Positions 31,578 through 40,238 of a stretch of DNA of 64,000 bases are shown here, piece after piece. The notes below the pieces were generated by a model. The model made no database searches and was not told where the DNA came from. It was given only the letters and a program-made list of their open reading frames with translations. Source of the stretch: Meiothermus sp. (GTDB taxonomy: Bacteria > Deinococcota > Deinococci > Deinococcales > Thermaceae); NCBI GenBank assembly GCA_033762915.1, contig JANRLD010000115.1:96001-160000 (forward strand), written 5' to 3'. The position numbers and the translations under genes are program-made. Position 1 is the first letter of the stretch, and every line of letters begins with the position of its first letter.

Positions 31578-32521
31578 GAAGTCTCCTGAAAGTTGACGAA
31601 GTAGTGCCCGCCTACGTCGGTGCGCCCGACCCGCTTGGCGGTGCGGAGCATCGGGGCATTGACCGCCCCAATCGTGCCGAAGAGGGCATCGCCGCCGCTG
31701 TCTTCCAGCAACTCGACCAGGCTGCGCTGCACCGCCACACCCAGGCCCGCCCCGCGAAAAGCCTGCTCGAGGGCGATCTCGATCATGTAGTAGCCCGTCG
31801 CCCCCACGTCCTGGCTGCGCGAGACCACCGTCACGCCCGCCCACTGGCCGTCCACGAAAATCTCGTAGACCAAGGCGGTCTCGAGGTAGTGCGCCATGTC
31901 CTCCCGGCTCTCCTGGCGCGACACGTCGGGCATCCAGAGGCGCTCGGCGAAGAGTTGGACGTACATGGCGGCGTAGCGGGGGTAGAACTCGAGGTCGCGG
32001 GCGCGGCACAGCTCGAGGCGATCCATGCCCTCGGGCCTGGGACGCTGGCGGATGGCTTCCAGAAAGCCCAGCATGTAGCGCTTGTCGCCCGCGCAGCCCG
32101 CGAACTGGTACGGCAGGTGAGCGCTTTGATAGACCCGCCAGCGCTGGGGCTTGAAGGAAGCGAACTCGCGGCGTAGCAGTTCAGTTATGGCCTCCTTCTC
32201 TCTGTCGCTCTCGAGCGGCCTACTGATCCGCGCCACCTCCACGAAGGGGCGGCCCAAGTCCATCCCGAAGAAGCGGATGCCCGCGATCAGGCGGCGACCC
32301 TGCGCCTCGAGCAGTCGGTGCTTGAACATCTGCGCGGGCAGCCCCAACGCGGCGCAGTTGCCGCCGAACTCTTCGGCGAAGGCATCCGTGAAGAACTCCA
32401 CCGCGTCGGTCTCCACTTCGGGCCGCCAGTGCTCGCGGAGCTGGGCGGGGGTGTAGGCGCTCCGCACGAGCGGGTGGGTCTGCTCGAGGGCATGCCCCAG
32501 GAACTCCTCGAGCAGACTCAA
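31574..32521 (-). CDS. Divergent GNAT-like protein (array gene 6)
   Basis: C-terminal IALEQAFRGAGLG...NAPMLRTAKRVG; TTGA overlap. Confidence 0.7.
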   Translation of the reverse strand: MSLLEEFLGHALEQTHPLVRSAYTPAQLREHWRPEVETDAVEFFTDAFAEEFGGNCAALGLPAQMFKHRLLEAQGRRLIAGIRFFGMDLGRPFVEVARISRPLESDREKEAITELLRREFASFKPQRWRVYQSAHLPYQFAGCAGDKRYMLGFLEAIRQRPRPEGMDRLELCRARDLEFYPRYAAMYVQLFAERLWMPDVSRQESREDMAHYLETALVYEIFVDGQWAGVTVVSRSQDVGATGYYMIEIALEQAFRGAGLGVAVQRSLVELLEDSGGDALFGTIGAVNAPMLRTAKRVGRTDVGGHYFVNFQETS

Positions 32522-33525
32522 GCTTCCTCCTTTGCGGCAGCGGGTGTTGCTGCTTCCGCAGCTTCCTCCTTGAAAGTTTTGATGTAATCCGCCCAGATCG
32601 GCTGCTTAACAAAGCCCATGGCCTCGTTTATGGCGAGCATGGGGCGGTTGCCCGCCTCGTTGCCGGTACGCAGCTCCCTGGCACCATAGGCCTTGGCGAA
32701 CTGCAAGGCCTTGAGCTTGAGCGCCAGGGCCAGCCCCTTGCGGCGGTACTCGCGGCGGGTGCCCGTCAGGCCCACGCTCAGGTAGTCGCCGTCGGACTTC
32801 CAGAGGTTGGACTGCGCGGCGTATAGGCCGGTCGCCCTGTCCACCGCGAAGAAGTTGGCCTCGGGCAAAAAGTAACTGCTCTCGAACACCCACTTCTGCC
32901 AGTCCTCGTAGCTGATGGCGGTCGCGGGCTCGGGCCGGGGCACGTCCTCGCGTGCGGCCAGAAACATCTCGTAGGCCTTGCGCCGGTGCTCGGGGTCGGC
33001 CTCGAGCTCCTTCAGGCTCTTCAGCTCGAAGCCCGGCGCCTCCACCGCCTCGATCTTGCCCGCCCAAGGCGCGAAGTCGAAGCCCCGCACGTCCAGGCGC
33101 GACTCCCAGTACCTCATCTTCTCGGCGAAGCCGAGCTTCCGTAGCCAGGCGATCGCGTGGAGCTGGTCTTCGCGGGTGCTGCTCAGAATCGAGATGGGGT
33201 CGTGGGGCTTGAGGGCCTCGAGCAGCTCCCGCCACAGCGCCCCTCCGATACCCTGGCCCCGGTACTCGGGCCGCACCGTCACCCAGGCAGCGAACTTGTT
33301 GGGGTGGTACATCCCCTCGAACTGGGTGTAGTCGGCCTCGGCGACGATCTTCCCCTCCACTTCGGCCACGAAGCGCCCCCAGCGCACCTCGGGCGCGTGG
33401 GTGGTGTCGTCCTCGCGCAGGCCCCCCTCGGCGTAGGCTTCGTCAGGCCAGGCCGCGTTGAAGACCTCGGCAATTGCGGGGTAGTCGGCCTCAGCGAAAG
33501 GGCGAATGATTAGATTGATGACCAT
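32518..33525 (-). CDS. Tandem GNAT (array gene 5)
   Basis: VRPEYRGQGIGG and TGTRREYRRKGLALALK; SD GGGAGG before ATG 33525. Confidence 0.88.
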   Translation of the reverse strand: MVINLIIRPFAEADYPAIAEVFNAAWPDEAYAEGGLREDDTTHAPEVRWGRFVAEVEGKIVAEADYTQFEGMYHPNKFAAWVTVRPEYRGQGIGGALWRELLEALKPHDPISILSSTREDQLHAIAWLRKLGFAEKMRYWESRLDVRGFDFAPWAGKIEAVEAPGFELKSLKELEADPEHRRKAYEMFLAAREDVPRPEPATAISYEDWQKWVFESSYFLPEANFFAVDRATGLYAAQSNLWKSDGDYLSVGLTGTRREYRRKGLALALKLKALQFAKAYGARELRTGNEAGNRPMLAINEAMGFVKQPIWADYIKTFKEEAAEAATPAAAKEEA

Positions 33526-33611
33526 ACAGTTGTCCTCCCTGGGGTTGCCAATGGTTTGGCTTGCATCGGCTATGGGCTGTGAGCGTCGGGCGGCTGTGCT
33601 ACCCTGAAAGC

Positions 33612-33809
33612 GTGGGCAAGCAGATTCGTCAGAAAGCGGCTGCGTTGGTGACAACAGTCATCTTCGGGTTCCTCCTGTACAAGCTCCTCGAGCGCACCTT
33701 CGTGCTGATCTGGGTCAACACGCCGTGGTGGGGGGCCTTGATCATGCTGGTGGTGCTGTTCCTGCTGATTGATTACATGGTGAGCCGGCTGTTCGGTACC
33801 AGGGATTGA
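33612..33809 (+). CDS. Small 2-TM membrane protein (65 aa), antisense within the GNAT array
   Basis: TACCCT-N6-GTG; two hydrophobic helices. Confidence 0.7.
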   Translation: MGKQIRQKAAALVTTVIFGFLLYKLLERTFVLIWVNTPWWGALIMLVVLFLLIDYMVSRLFGTRD

Positions 33810-33867
33810 TAACGGTTTTCTGTCGTGATCTGCCCGTCAGTTCGCGTGGCGTCGCTCGAGCCTTGGC

Positions 33868-34905
33868 TCATAGCTCATTGCCAGTGACCGTAAATTCCTG
33901 ACCCTCGACAACCTTAGAAAACCTCAGCCAGCTCGGGTACGGCTTGAAGCCCAACTTGAGGTTCATCTCGTACATCACGCGGTTGGGCGGGTCGTTTGTG
34001 GTGCGGATTTCGCCCGAATACGGGCGCTGCCCGGTCGCATGGCCTTCACTGCCGCGCTGGGCCACCAGTTTCATCCCGCGCAGCTTGAGGTTGTGGGCGA
34101 CCTTCTTGCCCCGATACTCGCGCATCACCCCGGTCATGTTGATGACCCAGGCCCCGGCCTCGGCGATGTAGGAGAGTTGGGTGTAGCCGACCATATGACC
34201 CGTTAAAGCGTCGTCGCGCTTGGGGTCGAGGGCGATCAAGACCGCCTCGGGCACGAAGTCGGGGGTCTGGGTCTCGTCCTTCTTGAACTGCTCGAACTCG
34301 CGCTTGGTGAACTCAAGGCCCATCGGCACGTCCTGGAACAGAATCCAGTCCAGTTCCCAGAGCTGACGCAGGGTGTCGTCGTTCAGGCCCAGCTCGGCAA
34401 GGCTTTTAATCTCGAGGCCTTCGTCGCGCAGGGTCTGCTCGAGGTGGGCGTAGGGCCTGAAGTCGAACCCCTCGGCCTTCCAGCGGCTGTTCAGACGCTC
34501 CCACTCCTGCACGAAGCCGTGCTTGCTCAGGAAGCGCAGCCCTTCCGCCTTGTCCGACTCGCCGCCCGCAACCAGCTTTTTGGGGTTGCGCGGGGTCAGT
34601 TGCTCGAGCAAAAACCCATAGAACCGCGCCCCGATTCCGCGCCGCCGGAACTCGGGGTGAACCTCCACCCGAATCCAGTATTTGCCCTCCTCAAAGGCAA
34701 AGCCGTCCTCGTGGAAGCCGCCCGTCGCGACCAACCTGCCGTCCAGCTCGGCCACGTAGTCGGCGCGGAAGTATTTGGGGTCGCGCTGGCTCTCCCACAG
34801 CTCGAGCTTCTCCGCCGTGACGGGCCACTCGGGGTCGATCAGGTTGGCCAGTTCGGCCACCTGGGGCAGGTCGGCCTTGGTGCGGGAGCGGAGCTTCAGG
34901 CTCAT
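33868..34905 (-). CDS. Tandem GNAT (array gene 4)
   Basis: VHPEFRRRGIG and TGVMREYRGKKVAHNLK...MNLKLGF. Confidence 0.87.
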   Translation of the reverse strand: MSLKLRSRTKADLPQVAELANLIDPEWPVTAEKLELWESQRDPKYFRADYVAELDGRLVATGGFHEDGFAFEEGKYWIRVEVHPEFRRRGIGARFYGFLLEQLTPRNPKKLVAGGESDKAEGLRFLSKHGFVQEWERLNSRWKAEGFDFRPYAHLEQTLRDEGLEIKSLAELGLNDDTLRQLWELDWILFQDVPMGLEFTKREFEQFKKDETQTPDFVPEAVLIALDPKRDDALTGHMVGYTQLSYIAEAGAWVINMTGVMREYRGKKVAHNLKLRGMKLVAQRGSEGHATGQRPYSGEIRTTNDPPNRVMYEMNLKLGFKPYPSWLRFSKVVEGQEFTVTGNEL

Positions 34906-35399
34906 GTGAGTACCTCTCGGTAGACGCTTTCGATGGTGTGGCGGCGCTCCAGGGTCAGCTCGAGGCGCATGTCGTAGCGATCCAAGCCTTCCCAGTAGCC
35001 GTTGGGGGTGATGTGCTCGGTGATAAAACCTAGCCGCTCGAAAAACCCAAAGGTGTGCTGGCTGGTGTCGAGGCGTATGAAGGCGGCCTCGGGGTGGCAG
35101 GCGACGCGGGCCAGGCGCTCCAGCAGCAGCCGCTTGCCCAGCCCAGTGCCGTGCAGTTCGCGGCGCACCAGGCCCCAGCACAGCCCTGCCTCTTGCCGCT
35201 CTTGGTTGAGGTAATAGCCGCCGCAGCCCACGATTTTCCCGTCGCTCACGAGCACCAGATATACGCAACTGGGCAGTTTGAGGAAGGTCTCGAACTCCTC
35301 GCGCTCCTCGAGCGAGAAATACTTGGGCACGTTGGTGTCAAAGACCTCGAGGCAAGCAGCCATGTCGGCAGCGCTGTACTCGCGGATGTGCAGGCTCAT
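34902..35399 (-). CDS. Single-domain GNAT (array gene 3)
   Basis: IVGCGG, VRRELHGTGLGK, FFERLGF. Confidence 0.87.
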   Translation of the reverse strand: MSLHIREYSAADMAACLEVFDTNVPKYFSLEEREEFETFLKLPSCVYLVLVSDGKIVGCGGYYLNQERQEAGLCWGLVRRELHGTGLGKRLLLERLARVACHPEAAFIRLDTSQHTFGFFERLGFITEHITPNGYWEGLDRYDMRLELTLERRHTIESVYREVLT

Positions 35400-36337
35400 G
35401 GCTGCCACTCCTTAGCCATCTGCACAAAGGCAGGCTCTTTCTGGAAACCCATTGCCTCGTTGATGGCCAGCATTGGGCGGTTGAGCTGGTGGTTGCTGGC
35501 GCGGATGTAGCGCACCCCGTAGCCCTTAGCGAAGGCAGCGGCCTTGAGTTTGAGCGCCAGCGCAATCCCCTTGCGGCGGTGGCTGGCCAGCGTGCCGGTC
35601 AGGCCCGTCTGTAAGGTTTGTGGGCGGGAGGACTTGTAGAGTTCGCTGATGCCCACCAATCGGTCGCCTTCCACAGCGAAGAAGATGCCCTCGGGAATTA
35701 GTTTGGGGTCGGTGGTGTGGCGGGCCTGCCAGTTCTCAAAAGCCCAGGGGATCATCGGCTCAACCGAGGGCACATCGGGCATCAGCGTCACCTCGGTCAG
35801 GGCGTGCCAGTGCCGCTGGAACTCCTCGCTCTGCCAGTCGAACTGGCTCAAGGTCTTGATTGCAATGCTCTCAGCCAGAGGTCGCTCGAACGGCGCGGGG
35901 TCGAAGGCTTGCACGTCCAATATCGAGCCCCACCAGCGGTCAAACTCCACGAAGTTTTGGGTGCGGTAGAAGGCCACCTCGTCCCAATCCTCGCGCCCAC
36001 TCGTTTGCAATTCTTTAGGATTTTGCTTGGAGGTTTCTGCCATCAAAAACGCCCACATCTGAGGGGTTAGGTCTTTGTGCTCAGGAAGCACACGGTAACG
36101 CACATCCAAAGTTCCCGCCTTGGGGTTTTCGGGGCTCATGTATTCGACTAAGCCCACCACTTGCCCCCCAACCTCAACCAGCCAGCGGCCCAGCACCTCG
36201 TCACTACCTAGGCTCTTGTCCAGGTGTTGTATGTCGGGCACGGCTCGAGGAACCTCGGGGTGGGCGGCATTGAACACATCCACATAGGCCTGATAGTCGG
36301 AATCGGAAAAGGTGAAGGGGCGGATGGTCAGGCTCAT
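35396..36337 (-). CDS. Tandem GNAT (array gene 2)
   Basis: TGTLASHRRKGIALALK...INEAMGF. Confidence 0.88.
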   Translation of the reverse strand: MSLTIRPFTFSDSDYQAYVDVFNAAHPEVPRAVPDIQHLDKSLGSDEVLGRWLVEVGGQVVGLVEYMSPENPKAGTLDVRYRVLPEHKDLTPQMWAFLMAETSKQNPKELQTSGREDWDEVAFYRTQNFVEFDRWWGSILDVQAFDPAPFERPLAESIAIKTLSQFDWQSEEFQRHWHALTEVTLMPDVPSVEPMIPWAFENWQARHTTDPKLIPEGIFFAVEGDRLVGISELYKSSRPQTLQTGLTGTLASHRRKGIALALKLKAAAFAKGYGVRYIRASNHQLNRPMLAINEAMGFQKEPAFVQMAKEWQP

Positions 36338-37266
36338 GGTTTTAACTCCTTGTGCAAAACCACCAGCGCGGGTTCTTTGACAAAGCCCATCGCTTCGTTG
36401 ATGGAGAGCATGGGGCGGTTGATCTGGTGGTTGTTGGTGCGGACGTAGCGCACACCGTAGTCCTTGGCGAACGCGGCGGCCCGCAGCTTGAGGGCCAAGG
36501 CAATGCCTTTGCGGCGATGACTGGAGAGGGTTCCAGTCAATCCCGTTTGCAGAGTTTGCGGGCGGTTAGACTTGAACAGCATGGTTGTGCCCACCAGCTG
36601 ATCCTCCTCCACCGCGAAGAAATACCCCTCGGGAATCAGGTTGGGCTCGGCGGCGTGGCGCTGTTGCCAGACCTCGAGTGGCCACGGATTAATTCGCTCT
36701 GCGGAGGGCACGTCGCTCAGCAGAGCGATCATCATCGTGTACCAGCGTCTCACGAACGCCTGCGACTTCCAGTCGAAGTCGCTCAGGGGCTTGATCTCAA
36801 TACCATCAGCAAGCGGTCTGTGAAAGGGCGCGGGGTCGAAGGTTTGCACGTCCAGCGTCGAGGCCCACATGCGGTCGAGTTCCACAAAGCCCTCGGCGCG
36901 ATACCAGGCCACCTCGTCCCAGTCCTCACGCCCACCTGTTTGCAACACTCTGGGGTTCTGCTTGGCGGCCTCTGCCATCAGAAACTCCCACGTCGCGGCG
37001 GTCAATCCTTTGTACTGCGGGTGTAGGCGGTAGTGCACCTCGAGCGCCCCTGCCTTGGGGTTGCGCGGGCTCTCATACTCAACAATCCCCACAATTCGCC
37101 CCTCGACCTCGACCAGCCATCGGCCCAGCACCTCGTCCGCCCCTCTGGTCTTGTCCGCGTGCCGCACGTCGGTGACGACACGGGCGATCTCGGGGTGGGC
37201 GGCGTTGACCGCGTCCACGTAGGCCTGATAGTCGGCCTCGGAAAAGTCGAACGGGCGAAGCTGCAT
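36334..37266 (-). CDS. Tandem GNAT (array gene 1), close paralog of gene 2
   Basis: TGTLSSHRRKGIALALK...INEAMGF. Confidence 0.88.
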   Translation of the reverse strand: MQLRPFDFSEADYQAYVDAVNAAHPEIARVVTDVRHADKTRGADEVLGRWLVEVEGRIVGIVEYESPRNPKAGALEVHYRLHPQYKGLTAATWEFLMAEAAKQNPRVLQTGGREDWDEVAWYRAEGFVELDRMWASTLDVQTFDPAPFHRPLADGIEIKPLSDFDWKSQAFVRRWYTMMIALLSDVPSAERINPWPLEVWQQRHAAEPNLIPEGYFFAVEEDQLVGTTMLFKSNRPQTLQTGLTGTLSSHRRKGIALALKLRAAAFAKDYGVRYVRTNNHQINRPMLSINEAMGFVKEPALVVLHKELKP

Positions 37267-37275
37267 ACTGTCCCC

Positions 37276-37818
37276 CTAAAACTTGATCTCGGCGCTGGGC
37301 CGAACCTCAATGCCCCTGAGCTTGCCGAACCCGTGGTCGGGGCCGATCATGCCGTCGAGCAGCTGGTTGTGGTACTCGACCACCTGCCGACCGCTGAGCG
37401 CGCCCTGGTCGGAGGCGCTGTGCCCGTCAGCCACCAGCGTCACCGCGTAGCCGAGGTAAGCGGCGCGGCGGCTGGTCACGTCCACGCAGAAAGGGGTCTG
37501 GAACCCGGTGATCACCAGGTGCTCGATCGAGCGGACCTCGAGTTCGGCCTGCAGATCGGAGTCCACAAACGAGTCCGCTGCCTGCTTGCGGATGCGAACA
37601 TCGCCGGGCCGTGGGTCAAGCGCTGGGTGCACCTCCCACTCCGGCGTGCCGTAGCCGCCGACGTCGTCGTCTTGGATATAAACAACAGGGGTACGGGCGG
37701 CCCGAGCCTGCGCGATCAGGCTCGAGATGACCCCCAAGGTCTCCTCGGCCTGGTGGATGGGCCGACCGCTGAACATTCCCAGCTGCGCGTCAATGATCAG
37801 TAAGGCGGTCTGGTTCAT
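37276..37818 (-). CDS. Isochorismatase-family cysteine hydrolase
   Basis: ALLIID, IRK..ADSF, GFQTPFCV (Asp-Lys-Cys triad). Confidence 0.9.
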   Translation of the reverse strand: MNQTALLIIDAQLGMFSGRPIHQAEETLGVISSLIAQARAARTPVVYIQDDDVGGYGTPEWEVHPALDPRPGDVRIRKQAADSFVDSDLQAELEVRSIEHLVITGFQTPFCVDVTSRRAAYLGYAVTLVADGHSASDQGALSGRQVVEYHNQLLDGMIGPDHGFGKLRGIEVRPSAEIKF

Positions 37819-38561
37819 TGCGCCTCCTTCCGCGCCACCGCCATGTACTCGATCTCGTCGAGGTCAATTGGGCGCTTACCCCAGTTGCCTGCCGTTCCGC
37901 CCCAGAAGTGCAGGATGCCTAACCCCGCCTCACGCATCATCCAGCGCAGCTCGGTGGGGAAAAGGCGGCGCTCGGGGAAGCGAAGCAGCTGTTTCTGGGC
38001 ACCCGGCAGGTCCAACTCTTCTTGCTGAAGCTCCGTCATCGTCGCGGGGTCGAAGCGCCCGCTCTCTACGTCGGCTTGGGTGAGCTGTCGCACCCTGGAG
38101 TAGGGGTTGAGGGTGGTGAGCACAAACTGTGCCCCCGGCTTTAGCGCGCGGCTGACGTTGCCCAGAATGGCCAGGCTGTGGGCCTCGGGGTCGTCGCCCG
38201 GGTTCAGCAACCCCAACGCGCCCTCACACAAGCAGATGGCCGCATCAAAGGTCCGGCCAGCCCGGTAGTCGGTCGCGTCGGCCTGGATCCACTCGACTTC
38301 AACACCTGCGGTCTCGGCGTTCTTGCGGGCCTGCTCGAGCATCCCCGCCGAGATGTCCACACCCGTCACCCTGTAACCACGCCGTGCGAACTCGACCGCA
38401 TGGCGTCCCACCCCGCAGCCAAGGTCGAGAACGCTCGAGCCAGCCGGCAACTCGAACAGCTCGAGCAGAAACTCCACCTCGGCCAAGGTGTTGCGGGTAA
38501 AGCTGTTCTCGAGGTACATCGGGGCGTGCTGGTCGAAGAAGTTCTTCCAAACGTGGCTCAC
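37815..38561 (-). CDS. Class I SAM-dependent methyltransferase
   Basis: VLDLGCGVGRH, GVDISAGML, LKPGA; GTGA overlap with the RIO gene. Confidence 0.9.
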   Translation of the reverse strand: MSHVWKNFFDQHAPMYLENSFTRNTLAEVEFLLELFELPAGSSVLDLGCGVGRHAVEFARRGYRVTGVDISAGMLEQARKNAETAGVEVEWIQADATDYRAGRTFDAAICLCEGALGLLNPGDDPEAHSLAILGNVSRALKPGAQFVLTTLNPYSRVRQLTQADVESGRFDPATMTELQQEELDLPGAQKQLLRFPERRLFPTELRWMMREAGLGILHFWGGTAGNWGKRPIDLDEIEYMAVARKEAQ

Positions 38562-39514
38562 AGGTAGGTCACCTCCATCGGGGTGAACTGGGTGGGGTTG
38601 TCGTGGGCGATGCGCCAGACCCTGCGCAAGATTTCGCCGCCCTTGGGGTGCAGGCCCAGGTGGCTGAAGGTGCGGCATAGGCCGTTCACGTCGCGCTCGA
38701 GGATCTCCCTGGCCTTGGGGTTCTTGTCAAACTCGACCATCTGCGGGAAATCAATCACCACCACCCTGCCGTCCCACCAGAGCAGGTTGAAGGTCGAGTA
38801 GTCGCCGTGAACCTTGCCCTGGGCGAGCATCAGGCCCAGGTTTTGGACGGCCTGCTCGAGGGCCTCCTTGGCCTCCTCAACGCTCAGACCGGCCTCGCTA
38901 AGGCGGGGCGCGGGGCCTTCACCGTCGCCGATGAACTCCATCAGGATCACGTTGCCAGCGTGGGCGATGGGCCGGGGCACGGCTATGCCCGCCTTGTGCA
39001 GGGCGTGTAGCTGACGGTACTCCTCCTCCACCCACAGCACGTTCTGGGCGCTCACCCCGAACTGGGTACGCTGAAGGATGGCCTTGTCCATGCGCTGGTC
39101 GGCGATGCGGCGGCCCTGGCGGTAGAGGGCGTCGTTTTTGAATGAGCGGACTCGAGAATCCACGTACAGTTTGGCCGCCAGCGGCGCATTGGGGTCTTCG
39201 GGCCAGCTCTTCTCGGTGGCCTCGACCACGTATACCGTGGCCTCCTTGCCGCTGCGGAGCTGCCAGAGCAATTCGGAAAAATACTCTTTCTCGTATAAGT
39301 CTTGCAGTCCGGGGTCGCCGAACTTTGGGGCCTTGGGGTCTTTGGCGTTGGCCTCCAGGAGCTTCCTCACGCTCTGGCGGCGGGGCGGCTTGCGGGCCTT
39401 GCGGTGAGCCCGGTCGGCGAAGTATTCGTGGGCGTCTTCGGGCCGGTCGTCGTCGGGGTGGCTCGAGGCCTCGAGTTCATCCTCGAGCCAGTCTTGCGGG
39501 GTTAGGTCGTGCAT
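38558..39514 (-). CDS. RIO1-family atypical Ser/Thr kinase/ATPase
   Basis: SGKEATVY, AAKLY, ILMEFIG, HGDYSTFNLL, IDFPQMV, LERD. Confidence 0.9.
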   Translation of the reverse strand: MHDLTPQDWLEDELEASSHPDDDRPEDAHEYFADRAHRKARKPPRRQSVRKLLEANAKDPKAPKFGDPGLQDLYEKEYFSELLWQLRSGKEATVYVVEATEKSWPEDPNAPLAAKLYVDSRVRSFKNDALYRQGRRIADQRMDKAILQRTQFGVSAQNVLWVEEEYRQLHALHKAGIAVPRPIAHAGNVILMEFIGDGEGPAPRLSEAGLSVEEAKEALEQAVQNLGLMLAQGKVHGDYSTFNLLWWDGRVVVIDFPQMVEFDKNPKAREILERDVNGLCRTFSHLGLHPKGGEILRRVWRIAHDNPTQFTPMEVTYL

Positions 39515-39593
39515 GTTGGGAACCTCTGGGCATAGGGGGCAGGGAACGGGGGACGGAGGGTAGGCAGTCGGCGTTGGCGGTGCTGGCTTTCAT
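39477..39593 (-). CDS. Possible second uORF (38 aa) overlapping the RIO start
   Basis: SD GAAAGGAG 8 nt before ATG; MKASTANADCLPSVPRSLPPMPRGSQHARPNPARLARG. Confidence 0.35.
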   Translation of the reverse strand: MKASTANADCLPSVPRSLPPMPRGSQHARPNPARLARG

Positions 39594-39725
39594 AGGACAC
39601 GCTCCTTTCGGGGGCATAGCGGTCGATGTCTGGCGCTTAGCTGCTGGGTACGGTGCTTAGCCCTGCGGCTTTAGCTGGCGGCCTGGTGCCAAGCGACCTC
39701 ATCACATCAACGAAAAACATCAACG

Positions 39726-39759
39726 AAAAAGCCGGGGGCTTGTGGTTCGCCCCCGGCTT
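39726..39759 (-). terminator. Attenuator terminator in the operon leader
   Basis: Minus strand AAGCCGGGGGC-gaaccacaa-GCCCCCGGCTTTTT. Confidence 0.85.
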
Positions 39760-39774
39760 GATTTATGGTGATTG

Positions 39775-39855
39775 TTACGTCAATACCATAAACACAGGGC
39801 GGCAAACCTTGATTCCAAAGACGGCATCGGCGTGCAGGTAGCAGTTTGGCATCAT
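39775..39855 (-). CDS. Leader peptide MMPNCYLHADAVFGIKVCRPVFMVLT (26 aa)
   Basis: SD GAGGAGGTG 5 nt before ATG; stop lies 15 nt before the terminator stem. Confidence 0.7.
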   Translation of the reverse strand: MMPNCYLHADAVFGIKVCRPVFMVLT

Positions 39856-40238
39856 GGGTTCACCTCCTCGCGGTTAAGGATTCTTCGACCCAGCGAGTTT
39901 AGCATAGCCCTTTGCATACGTGCAAGATGGTCGTGAAGCTCAGAGCAAGCGTAAGGGCGATCCCCGACCTTGCCGGGGCTTTAGCAGCTGGCGAGCAGCT
40001 GCGCCCGCCTGTTTTCGGGGAAGCCAAGCCGGGCCACCTCAACTTGTCCCCTTGGGCCTTCGGCTCGCGTTGGCTCGAGCCACAGGGTCCACCCCGCAAC
40101 CCTCGGCAGATCGCCTAAACCCTGCCCCCTCTTCCCTCTTCCCTCTCGAAATTTCCGACCCTCATCGGAAATCCAATCATTAACACCTAAATTAAACAGC
40201 CCTGGTCACAAAAATTGCCCAGTATGTTAACATCGTAG

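Noticed and set aside
27040..37266. GNAT toxin-antitoxin array (TacT/AtaT-like)
   Set aside because: No RHH antitoxin genes; most members are about 300-aa two-domain proteins
39775..39855. RiPP precursor modified by the downstream enzymes
   Set aside because: No recognisable RiPP maturase, peptidase or exporter; terminator/antiterminator geometry fits attenuation better, though not formally excluded
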